NCBI GenBank assembly: GCA_965217585.1 | Contig: OZ244561.1 | Coordinates: 2,720,001 to 2,784,000 of the forward strand | Reading direction: 5' to 3' | DNA length: 64,000 nt | Source of the DNA: Candidatus Latescibacterota bacterium | Lineage (GTDB): Bacteria; Latescibacterota; UBA2968; UBA8231 | Shown: positions 38,405-47,198 of the stretch, piece after piece | How the letters are laid out: each line of letters opens with the position of its first letter | How positions within the stretch are numbered: the first letter of the stretch is position 1 | Program-made: the position numbers and the translations under genes | The notes under the pieces: model-generated | The model's input: the letters and a program-made list of their open reading frames with translations, nothing else | Database searches by the model: none | What the model was told of the DNA's origin: nothing

Positions 38405-38570
38405 CGTTTGGTCGTTTCAGCCCGTACTTGCGCATTCGATACCGCAGCTTTTCTGGGCTTATGCCCAACAAACGAGCCGCTCCCCGCGGGCCATAGATCC
38501 GCCAGTTGGTGGCTTGGAGGGCCGCCAGAATTTGCCGCTTTTCGGCCTCCGGTAGTGTCATCAGGGGCAT
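38394..38570 (-). CDS. Stand-alone Fis-type HTH protein, near copy of the C-terminus of the sigma-54 activator
   Basis: AAAGGA RBS then ATG; ILAALQATNWRIYGPRGAARLLGI.PEKLRYRMRK is shared with 41632-44760. Confidence 0.65.
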   Translation of the reverse strand: MPLMTLPEAEKRQILAALQATNWRIYGPRGAARLLGISPEKLRYRMRKYGLKRPNAIS

Positions 38571-38624
38571 AACCAAATCCTTTCGGCGAAGCGTCGTTAA
38601 GACAATTGACCTGTTGGACCCGAC

Positions 38625-39752
38625 TTAGCTACCGGCCCGCAGTAGCGCCTTGATTTGCTCTTCAGTAGGCGGCTGATTGCCGAGCGCCTCTACAGGGACG
38701 ATGCGGTTATCCCGGCCGATCAGGAAATAGCGGGGGATGCTCTCAACGCCGTAGCGCCGGGCGGTCTCGCCCGTGTCGAGGGCAATGGGGAACGGATAGT
38801 CATGACGGCCGACAAAGTCATCTAGGTTGCCGGCCATATCCGCCGAATGCAGGGCAATGACGATAAAGCCTTGGTCCCGATAGCGCTCGTATAGCTCGGA
38901 GACATAGGGCAGTTTTTCTATGCAGGGCGAACACCACGTAGCCCAGAAATCAAGCAGCACTACCTTGCCCTGCAACTGCGCCAGACTGTTCAAAGGGGAA
39001 TCCTCATAACCAGCGACGGGCGCTACCCAGCGCTCAATGTCAATTTCGAAGGGCACGGCACCCTGATCCAGAGCGTGCCGCTGGTGCATGACTTCCTTTT
39101 CTCTAGGGCTGATGTAGCGGACGGAAAAGGTCTGACCGTCGTCGGTGAATTCGGCGCGGTCCCAATGTAGGATCACCTGATCAGCCGTGGGTCTTTCTAA
39201 GGTTTGGCGCTGGGGAACCGTCAGGATGGGGGCGAGGCGGACGACGGTGTGTAGCAGGGCGTCCGAGGAGCCAGATCCAGCCCAAACCCAATGGTCTCGC
39301 TGCCAACGGGTCAGGTGCGTGCGGGGTGGATTCTCGGCAGACCGGTATGTGGATTGGGTTTGGACCGCCGGGTCGCCGACCTCGGTTTCTAGGCCGGGGA
39401 AAGGCTCGCCCACCAGTGCTTGGCGGTGTCCCGACAGGCGGTTCCGGTTAATGTCGTCCCGAATGTGCGATTGGCCGTCTGGGTGGTGGACGACCACGGT
39501 AAAGGGGTTGGTCTTTTCAATCTGTCCAGGTTGATCCGCTCGGCCGAGAATGGTATGCCACAGTTCTTGGCCTTCGGCATCCACGCGCCAAGCGTGCAGC
39601 CATCCCTGGCGCAGTTGCGCCTGCACGGAACCGCCGATTGAGGCCGGTAGGTCAACCGAATCGCGCCAAGCAGGGGTCTCGGCGGCCTCTGTGGCGGCGA
39701 CGACGATTAGGCCGGCTACGAGGCCGGTGCAGAGGATCTTAGCACAAGTCAT
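38625..39752 (-). CDS. Secreted TlpA-family disulfide reductase with an unknown N-terminal domain
   Basis: Signal peptide; GKVVLLDFWATWCSPC; YGVESIP. Confidence 0.9.
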   Translation of the reverse strand: MTCAKILCTGLVAGLIVVAATEAAETPAWRDSVDLPASIGGSVQAQLRQGWLHAWRVDAEGQELWHTILGRADQPGQIEKTNPFTVVVHHPDGQSHIRDDINRNRLSGHRQALVGEPFPGLETEVGDPAVQTQSTYRSAENPPRTHLTRWQRDHWVWAGSGSSDALLHTVVRLAPILTVPQRQTLERPTADQVILHWDRAEFTDDGQTFSVRYISPREKEVMHQRHALDQGAVPFEIDIERWVAPVAGYEDSPLNSLAQLQGKVVLLDFWATWCSPCIEKLPYVSELYERYRDQGFIVIALHSADMAGNLDDFVGRHDYPFPIALDTGETARRYGVESIPRYFLIGRDNRIVPVEALGNQPPTEEQIKALLRAGS

Positions 39753-39774
39753 GACGAAAACTTTTCGCTATGGG

Positions 39775-41154
39775 TTAGCGGGTCGGAAACTTGTCGGTGT
39801 CGTCGATCAAGTACTCCAGTTGGGCTGGACTCGGCGTTTCGCCCTCTTGGCTGAGCCAAGCCAGCCGACACTCGCGGTCAAGGAGGACGGATTGGGGGAA
39901 GTTCCAGATGCCATAGCGCTGCGCGCTCGCGCCTTCGTCCACCGCTATAGGCAACGTATAGCCGCGTTCGGCAATGAAGGCGTCCAAATCGTCGGCCCCT
40001 TCGGCGCTGTGGATGGCGATGACGACTAGGCCTTGGTCTTTGTGTTTTTTGTATAACTCGTCATAGTGGGCCAGTTGCTCAATGGATTCGGGAGACCAAG
40101 CGGCCCAAAAGTGCAGCAGTACCACTTTACCCTTGAAAAAGCCTAGGCGGTCGCCGTGCTCAATGGGGTTGATCCAGTGCTGGGCCTCTATGTTGAAGGG
40201 TATGGCACCCCGGACCAATTTGTGCTCTTGCTGCTTACGGTCTGCTTCAGCAAGGGAGACATACTGGGCTGTCAGCACTCCGCCGCTATCCAAGAATTGG
40301 GCGTCGTCCCAGCGCAAAAAACCCCCGTCGGCGAAAGCGCCAAGCCCCGGCTTTTCCGGCACGAACACCGTCGGAGTCAGGCGGATGAGCGTATCCCAAT
40401 GGTCCGCATTCGGTCCGAGGGCTGCCCAGAGCTGCCCATCTTTCTCCCATTTGGTGATGCCGCGCTGGAGAGTGGGCCAACTGATCTTTACCCCACTCTC
40501 ACTCTGGCCAATGTCGCCGCCGGTATTGGGATTGGCGAACGCCTCCGGCACCCGTTTTTGGATCAAAGCCAAAGTGGTGGTGTCAAGGCTGGCGAACGCC
40601 TCCGGCCCCAATTCTTGGAGCATAGCTTGGAGGAGGATGGGGTCGAGATTGGCGAACGTCTCCGGCGGCATTTCTTGGAGCCTAGCCGGAGAGGGTGGAC
40701 CGATACCCCTAGTGTATCCACCTCGGTCTATGCCGTTATGGCGGACGGTGGTGTCGAGGCTAGCGAATGCCTCTGGAGCCAGTTTTTGCCGGTGGGCCGC
40801 TAAGGTACTGCTCCAAAAGGTGTCGCGGACGAAGTACGCGCCGTTGGCGTGGCGCACTTCGACGGCAAAGCTGAGGTGTTCGAGGGTAGGGGGTTGATGC
40901 GGGTCGGCTTCGGCGAGGATGAAGTGCCAAAGGGGGATGTCGTTTTGGTCAAGGCGGCGGGCGTGCAGCAGGCCATCGACAATATATGCCTCTATGCGCT
41001 CGCCCGGACCGACCAGAGGAAAGTCGCCAAGGGGAACGGACCCGCTCCATTGGGCTTGGTCGGCCGGATCTGCGGCTGCGGCGATGTAGGGGCCGCTGAG
41101 TAGCAGGGCTGCCGCTGCGAAGAGGTGGTACTTTATCGAACGGAAGGAACGCAT
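39775..41154 (-). CDS. Secreted TlpA-like redoxin paralog lacking the CxxC motif
   Basis: RBS AAAGGAGG, signal peptide, GKVVLLHFWAAWSPES; repeated PEAFA(S/N)LD motif. Confidence 0.85.
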   Translation of the reverse strand: MRSFRSIKYHLFAAAALLLSGPYIAAAADPADQAQWSGSVPLGDFPLVGPGERIEAYIVDGLLHARRLDQNDIPLWHFILAEADPHQPPTLEHLSFAVEVRHANGAYFVRDTFWSSTLAAHRQKLAPEAFASLDTTVRHNGIDRGGYTRGIGPPSPARLQEMPPETFANLDPILLQAMLQELGPEAFASLDTTTLALIQKRVPEAFANPNTGGDIGQSESGVKISWPTLQRGITKWEKDGQLWAALGPNADHWDTLIRLTPTVFVPEKPGLGAFADGGFLRWDDAQFLDSGGVLTAQYVSLAEADRKQQEHKLVRGAIPFNIEAQHWINPIEHGDRLGFFKGKVVLLHFWAAWSPESIEQLAHYDELYKKHKDQGLVVIAIHSAEGADDLDAFIAERGYTLPIAVDEGASAQRYGIWNFPQSVLLDRECRLAWLSQEGETPSPAQLEYLIDDTDKFPTR

Positions 41155-41277
41155 CTGAAGCCTCCTTTGAGGTGTCCCCGACAAGGTCAGGGCGATTGGT
41201 GGACGGTCTGTTGCTCTATGAGAGCCCTTCGTCCAAAATGCGTAAACTTTTTTGCGTCTCTTGGGAATCGACGTAAT

Positions 41278-41292
41278 GCACATTTTGTGCCA
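41278..41292 (-). promoter_or_regulatory. Sigma-54-like (-24/-12) promoter
   Basis: Minus strand TGGCACAAAATGTGC, with GG-N10-GC spacing, upstream of the TlpA pair. Confidence 0.6.
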
Positions 41293-41314
41293 TAGATCGG
41301 AGCGCGAACAAAAA

Positions 41315-41342
41315 AATCCTTTAGGAGTTATCCTAAAGGATT
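41315..41342 (-). terminator. 12-bp perfect inverted repeat with a U-tract on the minus strand (terminator or operator)
   Basis: aatcctttagga-gtta-tcctaaaggatt flanked by A-runs. Confidence 0.6.
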
Positions 41343-41438
41343 GAAAAACATGGGGGTTAAATAGCGAGAAAAATGTTGCGCTACGAGGCAGGCATTAGAT
41401 GGCGTTGCAAGCTGATCTACGATTTTTCGTTCAAACGG

Positions 41439-41491
41439 ACGACTTTTGAACGACTTTTGAACGACTTTTGAACGACTTTTGAACGACTTTT
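41439..41491. repeat. 11-bp tandem repeat (ACGACTTTTGA), nearly five copies
   Basis: Read directly; no spacers between units. Confidence 0.95.
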
Positions 41492-41527
41492 TACAGATTA
41501 GCGATGGCTTCTCTAATCCGTGACAGA

Positions 41528-41591
41528 TGTTATGCTCGGGCCCCTTGGGTATGGGATGCTTCGACTCCGCTGCGCTGCGCTCAGCATGACA
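41528..41591. repeat. Small palindromic intergenic repeat of the TGTCATGCTGAGCG...GAAGCATC type
   Basis: gatgcttcgactccgctgcgctgcgctcagcatgaca with a degenerate tgttatgctc partner upstream. Confidence 0.55.
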
Positions 41592-41631
41592 AGGGGAGGA
41601 ACGCGTCAGTCCGCGATCTTCACACAAGCTC

Positions 41632-44600
41632 TTACTGCGACGGCTTCTCTGGTCGTTGCAACCCGTGCTTGCGCATTCGATACCGCAGCTTCTCCGGACC
41701 TATGCCCAACAACCGAGCCGCCCCTCGCGGTCCATAGATCCGCCAGTTCGTGGCTTGGAGGGCCGCCAAAATGCGCTGCTTTTCGTCCTCATCTTCAGCA
41801 TCCCCGTCGAAGTCTTGTTCAACAGGCAGGGCAAGCTCCGCTTCGGCAGCTTGAAGCGGCACGTCTACCACCTGAATGACATCCCTGTCGCCCAACACGA
41901 CCGCCTGCTGGATTACATGCTCCAACTCGCGCACGTTCCCCGGCCACGCATGTTGCTGCAAATGCGCCACTACCTCCTCGCCCAAAACCGGCGTCGGCCT
42001 CCCTAGCTGTTCGGCGCACCGGCTCGCAAAATGCGCCGCCAAGAGCGGGATGTCCTCCTGGCGCTCCCGCAGGGGCGGCAGTACTACGGAGAGTACGCTC
42101 AGCCGATAGAATAGATCCTCGCGGAACGTCCCCGCCTGAATGGCCTCTTCCAAATCCTTGTTAGTCGCAGCGACGACCCGCACATCCACCGGGATAGACT
42201 GCTCGCCGCCGACGCGCGTCAGGTGGCCCTCCTCCAAGATGTGGAGCAAGGCCCGTTGGGAGTCTAGGGGCAAATCGCCCACCTCGTCGAGGAACAAGGT
42301 GCCGCCATTGGCCCGTTCAAAGTAGCCGATCTTTTGGGCATTCGCGCTGGTAAAGGCCCCCTTCTCGTGGCCGAACAGTTCGCTTTCGATCAGCCCGGCG
42401 GATAGGCCCCCGCAATTGACAGGTATAAAAGGGTTCGCTTGGCGCGGGCTAAGATTGTGGAGCAGCCGCGCCAACACTCCCTTGCCGACCCCGGTCTCGC
42501 CCAGCACCAGCACAGTCATATCCGTCTCGGCCATTGATTCGACCTGATCGAGGAGCCGGGCGATGGATTGGCTCTGGCTGAGAAAGCCCTGATTCGAGAC
42601 CCGCAGCATTTGCTCTAAGCGCCGGAGGTGGGTGGGGACCACTCGCATCTCTAGGCGAGCTATGTCCGACATCAAGCCATCCCTATCTATGGTCCGCACT
42701 TCAAAGTGGAACAGGCCGGCCGGCACGTCTTGGTACGTCACTCGATTGGCGGGTGTGAACGCGCTCCACTCTTCTGCCGGGCCGTGGCCGACGAGCCGGT
42801 GGCTGTAGCGCATCTGCTCTGCTCCGCTTCTGAAACTGGTGCCTTGGAAGTGGAACTGAATCTCGGGGGTGCTCTCCGGGCAGGACACGGCTTGGGGTTC
42901 GTCGAAAGTCCGCCCGGCCACGACTTGGCGGATGCGGATGCGAGGCGGCGTCTCCCCGGGCTGATACGCAATGAGACCAGCCCGCGTCCCAAACCACAGC
43001 CGCCCCCGGCTATCGAGCAGAATGGCATCGACGATATTCTCAAGGGCGGCTTTTCCCAAGCGGATGCTTTGAAAGGTCCGACCATCGTACTTAAGCACGC
43101 CCCCGCCGCTGGTCCCAATCCACAGACATTCTTGCTGCGGGTCGGCCACCAAGGCCAGAATGCCATTGGCGGACAGATCGCCTTGGTCTGCCGTAAACTG
43201 ACGCACCTCTTTGGATTGGTAGTCAAAGGCGAAAAGGCCGTGAGCGGTTCCCACCCAAAGCGCGTCCTGGTACTCGCACAAAGCATTTACATAGGCGACG
43301 GCTTCCATGCCGGCCATGTCAGACGCGCAGAGATGACCATCCCTGTAATTGTATAGAGCCGGTTTTGTTCCATGGAGGCCGAGCCAGAAGGAGCCTTCTC
43401 GATCTTGTAGCACGACTCTGCAAAAGGGCCACTGATCCTCAATCGCGGTGAAGCGGTCCCCTTCGATCCAGCCGAATTGCTCCTCGGAAATGTAGGCGTT
43501 TAAGCGCCCTTCCCGGCCTTGGAATAACATCTTGATTTCTACATAACCGTCCTTTGCGGCCACGGTGATCGCTTGGGTTTCTTTACCTGCCGACTTGAAT
43601 ACTTGTCCATCGGGGCCACTGCTCCAAACCTGCCCTTGTCGATCTACTACCATAGAGAAGACGGTATAACCGACCTCCACCGGATGGATCTGGCCGTCCT
43701 CTAAGCAGGCCAAGCCTCCGGTAGTGCCGATCCAGACTCGGCCCTCCCGGTCTTCACTCAGACACCGAATCTCGCTGTCGGGCAGGCCGTCTTCTTTGTC
43801 GTATAGCTGAATACTGATCGGATCGCAAAAGATCAGCCCGCCTCCCCATAGCCCCACCCAAATATTTCCCTCGCTGTCCTCGTAGGTCAGGCGCGTATCC
43901 GAAAAGTGAACATCCGGCAAACCGGCTGAGAAAGGATGCCATTCCTTCCCGTCGTACACTAACACGCCTCGGCGACTCAGCCAGAGCCGACCGCGGTCGT
44001 CCACGCGCACATGGCGCGTTCCATGCTGGACGACTTCCGTCCCCTCAACCCCAGCATCCACGCGGATGATCTCGAATTGTTGACTCGCGGGATCGTAGCG
44101 GCCTACAACCACTTCTGTACCTACGTAGCGGAAAGCGATCCACAGGTTGCCAGCGGCGTCATGGGCGAAATTCCAAGGCCACTGCATCGCGTCGTTCCTC
44201 GTAATCATGCGTCGGCCATCCAAGCTAATGACCCCCCACTCCCACGTCGCCAGCCAGGTCGTACCCGCCGCGTCGATCGCTATGTCGTACACCACTCCTA
44301 GGGGCTGACCCGCTAGTTCCGTCATACACTCTACGCACCGTCCTTCGACGAACCGACCCACTCCGGCTGTAGTCAGCACCCACACCGAGCTGTCGGCTTG
44401 GGTTTGTAGGCCCAATATTTCGTTGGAAGGTAGCCCATGTTCGGTGGTATACACCTGAAAGCCACGCCCGTCGTATGCAGCGAGCCCGCCACCGAACGTG
44501 CCGAATAACAGCCGTCCGTCCGCGTCTTCGTCGATAGCTGTTACGGTGAGATGGGGCAGCCCGTCCGACAGGCCAAAGGTATCGAAGTGCGCTCCGTCAA

Positions 44601-44760
44601 ACCGGCTTACGCCGCCGTCGGTTGTGCCGACCCAGAGGAGGCCGTGGCGGTCTTGGTAGATGTCCTCCACATACATCCCGGCCAACCCGTCGAAGACCGT
44701 GTATTGCTCTCCGAGGATGTGACCAAATGCCTTGTTCTGGCTTGGGGCCGCGTGGTTCAT
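41632..44760 (-). CDS. Sigma-54 enhancer-binding protein with an N-terminal two-component-regulator beta-propeller/Y_Y_Y sensor
   Basis: Repeated 'DGL...I.ED..G.LW.GT.GG' blades, YSHRL (Y_Y_Y), GETGVGK, ESELFGHEKGAFTSA, FLDEVG, WPGNVREL, C-terminal HTH. Confidence 0.92.
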   Translation of the reverse strand: MNHAAPSQNKAFGHILGEQYTVFDGLAGMYVEDIYQDRHGLLWVGTTDGGVSRFDGAHFDTFGLSDGLPHLTVTAIDEDADGRLLFGTFGGGLAAYDGRGFQVYTTEHGLPSNEILGLQTQADSSVWVLTTAGVGRFVEGRCVECMTELAGQPLGVVYDIAIDAAGTTWLATWEWGVISLDGRRMITRNDAMQWPWNFAHDAAGNLWIAFRYVGTEVVVGRYDPASQQFEIIRVDAGVEGTEVVQHGTRHVRVDDRGRLWLSRRGVLVYDGKEWHPFSAGLPDVHFSDTRLTYEDSEGNIWVGLWGGGLIFCDPISIQLYDKEDGLPDSEIRCLSEDREGRVWIGTTGGLACLEDGQIHPVEVGYTVFSMVVDRQGQVWSSGPDGQVFKSAGKETQAITVAAKDGYVEIKMLFQGREGRLNAYISEEQFGWIEGDRFTAIEDQWPFCRVVLQDREGSFWLGLHGTKPALYNYRDGHLCASDMAGMEAVAYVNALCEYQDALWVGTAHGLFAFDYQSKEVRQFTADQGDLSANGILALVADPQQECLWIGTSGGGVLKYDGRTFQSIRLGKAALENIVDAILLDSRGRLWFGTRAGLIAYQPGETPPRIRIRQVVAGRTFDEPQAVSCPESTPEIQFHFQGTSFRSGAEQMRYSHRLVGHGPAEEWSAFTPANRVTYQDVPAGLFHFEVRTIDRDGLMSDIARLEMRVVPTHLRRLEQMLRVSNQGFLSQSQSIARLLDQVESMAETDMTVLVLGETGVGKGVLARLLHNLSPRQANPFIPVNCGGLSAGLIESELFGHEKGAFTSANAQKIGYFERANGGTLFLDEVGDLPLDSQRALLHILEEGHLTRVGGEQSIPVDVRVVAATNKDLEEAIQAGTFREDLFYRLSVLSVVLPPLRERQEDIPLLAAHFASRCAEQLGRPTPVLGEEVVAHLQQHAWPGNVRELEHVIQQAVVLGDRDVIQVVDVPLQAAEAELALPVEQDFDGDAEDEDEKQRILAALQATNWRIYGPRGAARLLGIGPEKLRYRMRKHGLQRPEKPSQ

Positions 44761-44790
44761 TTTTAATCTCGTTCATCGGGACGACCGGCC

Positions 44791-44818
44791 GTAGGGGCGA
44801 CCGGCCGGCTGCCCCTAC
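44791..44818. repeat. GTAG-family REP-like palindrome
   Basis: GTAGGGGCGACCGGCCGGCTGCCCCTAC, near-identical to 17281-17308. Confidence 0.75.
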
Positions 44819-44860
44819 GGAGATGGTGAGGGATCGGCGAAAGGACTCCCTTCCCGACCC

Positions 44861-45883
44861 CTACGATGGCGTCGGCGCGTCTGCCCGCAGCAACCCTTCT
44901 GCCTTTAGCTCGGCCCACAGGTCCGTTGGTATTTCGTGCTGAAACCACTGGGCATTGGTCTCGACGTGCGCCGGGGTCTGCGCCCCGGGGATAATCGCCG
45001 CGACGAGGGGGTTCCCGAGCGGGAACTGCATGGCGGCGGCGGGCAAGGGCACGTCGTGCCGCTGGCAGACGGCTTGGATGCGGCGGGTCTTTTCGAGGAT
45101 TTCGGGCGAGGCTGTGTCATAGGCGTAGCGGGCACCCTCGACCGGGCCGGAGGCGAGGATGCCGGAAGCAAAGACCGAGCCGATGACGATACGCACGTCG
45201 CGCTCCGCGCAGAGTGGGAATTCCTCGTCGAGGGAGTCTTGGTCCAAAAGCGTATAGGGCATGGCGACGATGCAGAAGTCGAGGTCAACCCCGTCGAGCA
45301 GGCGCGGCATGGCACCCATGCGGTTGAGGCCTGCGCCGACGGCCTTGATCAGCCCCTGCGAGCGCAATTCGTCGAGGGCGCGCCAGCCGCTGGTGATTAG
45401 GTGGTTGACGTGGGCGGAGAAGCGCTGTTCGCTGTCGTGGAAAAAGCTGTCGAGGTCGTGGATCAACAGCAGGTCAATGGAGTTGAGGCTCAGCCGCTGC
45501 AAGCTGTCTTCCCACGAGCGCATGATGCCGTCGTACCCGTAGTCGAAGCGGAAATCGAAGGGCAGGCCGCCGACCCAGAAACCCTTCTCGAAAGAATCGA
45601 GGTCGCGGGTGGCCGTGAGCACTCGGCCGACCTTGGTCGAGAGCACGAAGTCCTTGCGTTCCTGCTGGCGGAGAAAGTGTCCGAGGCGGTGTTCGCTTTT
45701 GCCATAGCCGTAGAACGGGGCGGTGTCGTAGTAGCGGATGCCAGCGTCCCAAGCCGCTTGCAGGGTGTCTTGGGCTTGGGGTTCGCTGACCGGATCGAAA
45801 AGCTCGCCCAAAGGAGCACCGCCAAAGCCGAGCGTGCTTAGCTCGACGCCGGTACGCAAAGCGCGCGTGGGGATGGTGGACAT
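44861..45883 (-). CDS. Aldo/keto reductase (D-threo-aldose 1-dehydrogenase-like)
   Basis: LGFGGAP, DTAPFYG.G.SE, STKVGR, IHD. Confidence 0.9.
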   Translation of the reverse strand: MSTIPTRALRTGVELSTLGFGGAPLGELFDPVSEPQAQDTLQAAWDAGIRYYDTAPFYGYGKSEHRLGHFLRQQERKDFVLSTKVGRVLTATRDLDSFEKGFWVGGLPFDFRFDYGYDGIMRSWEDSLQRLSLNSIDLLLIHDLDSFFHDSEQRFSAHVNHLITSGWRALDELRSQGLIKAVGAGLNRMGAMPRLLDGVDLDFCIVAMPYTLLDQDSLDEEFPLCAERDVRIVIGSVFASGILASGPVEGARYAYDTASPEILEKTRRIQAVCQRHDVPLPAAAMQFPLGNPLVAAIIPGAQTPAHVETNAQWFQHEIPTDLWAELKAEGLLRADAPTPS

Positions 45884-45940
45884 AGGATGCTTCCTTTCGT
45901 TTGTAGATTGCTCTAGAATTTGGTGCTAAAGTGAAGCAGC

Positions 45941-47122
45941 TTAGAAGCGGCCGTGATGCGATTCGGCTGGTGCCTGGTACTCCACCTTGAGGTGGGGCGT
46001 TTCGAGTCGCTTGTGGTCCTCCACCTTGGAGGTCAGGCAGCTTTCGAGCGCGCCGCTGACGATTAAGGTGCGCTCGGCGGGAAAGGGCGCTTGCCCGCTC
46101 TCGATCATTTCCCAAATCTTGGCTACCAGACAGGCCGAGTACGTGACGTTGGGCGTCGGCGGCAAGAAAAATTGGGTCGAGATGGGATCGTCCTCGCCCG
46201 CGAGCTTACAGGCGAAGCAATAGTCGCGGATGGCGCCGTTGAGCATCAGGAGGGTTGTCTTGAGGCCGTCGTTGTGCTCGATGAAGTACGCGGCTGGCTC
46301 TTTGACGAGCCGGGGTAGCTCGCCGTTGCCCAGCAGGTCTTGGGTGCGGCCGTCCTCGTCGGTTTTGCCGCAAGGGGAGTCGCTGCGCGAGAGGGCGGAG
46401 TCGAGCAGTTCCAGCGAATAGCGCCCCTTCTCGCCCGCCTTCCACACGGCGTCTCCTTCGATCAATTGCACGGATTTGACGCCGGTTTCGCCGCCGGAGC
46501 GGCGCTCGATCATGCACTGCATGGCCTCTAGCGCGTGGTAATCCATCGGGTCGGAGCCGCCGACGCCGACCATCAGCGCCTCTTCGATCTGGCAGCCCAA
46601 GGGCAGCTCGACATCGGGCAGACGCCAAGTGACCGGCAGTGACGAACCGGCGAGAATCGGGAAGCCGAGCCGGTGGCCGTCGTCGACCATTTCTTGCGCC
46701 TTGTCGAAGCTATAGGAGAGGTGCTTGTCGTTGTAGATAGGCGCGGTGCGGCCGTCTGCTTCAAAGACCTTGACGCATTCTTTGAAAAACTCGTAGCGCG
46801 GATAGAGCTTCTGCCCCTTTTCGTTGTTGGGGTACTCGCCGTGCTCGCCAATGATCAGGACGGCGTCGCAAGCCAGTTCGTCGCCGCCGCAGCGCAGGGC
46901 CTCGGCGATGGTGGGGTACACTGCAAAGCCGAATTCGCGCGCTCGGTCTTGGCTTTGGTCGCCTTCGGGCTGCTGATCAACGTAGAGCGAGACGATTTTG
47001 CAGTCGGGGCGGTGCCAGTGGCCGCCGTAGGGATAGCCGACTAAGAAGCGGTCGGCAAAGTGCTGGGCGTGCGAGAGGTAGCGATAGATGGTGGCGATGA
47101 CGGCGATGCGTTTGGTAGCCAT
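45941..47122 (-). CDS. Conserved hypothetical oxidoreductase-like protein
   Basis: SHAQH..DRFL.GY, IGEHGEY..NEKGQ.LYPR, NDKHLS, AGSSLPV; paralog of the next gene. Confidence 0.8.
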   Translation of the reverse strand: MATKRIAVIATIYRYLSHAQHFADRFLVGYPYGGHWHRPDCKIVSLYVDQQPEGDQSQDRAREFGFAVYPTIAEALRCGGDELACDAVLIIGEHGEYPNNEKGQKLYPRYEFFKECVKVFEADGRTAPIYNDKHLSYSFDKAQEMVDDGHRLGFPILAGSSLPVTWRLPDVELPLGCQIEEALMVGVGGSDPMDYHALEAMQCMIERRSGGETGVKSVQLIEGDAVWKAGEKGRYSLELLDSALSRSDSPCGKTDEDGRTQDLLGNGELPRLVKEPAAYFIEHNDGLKTTLLMLNGAIRDYCFACKLAGEDDPISTQFFLPPTPNVTYSACLVAKIWEMIESGQAPFPAERTLIVSGALESCLTSKVEDHKRLETPHLKVEYQAPAESHHGRF

Positions 47123-47198
47123 GGGCGACGAAAGCTCCGGGGAAAGAGGCGAAGGGGTTCGGTGGTTGTGTTCTTAAAAGAAACACCGAAGGGGCATC

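Noticed and set aside
41439-41491. Possible CRISPR array
   Set aside because: 11-bp units are contiguous with no spacers, and there are no cas genes; it is a tandem repeat.
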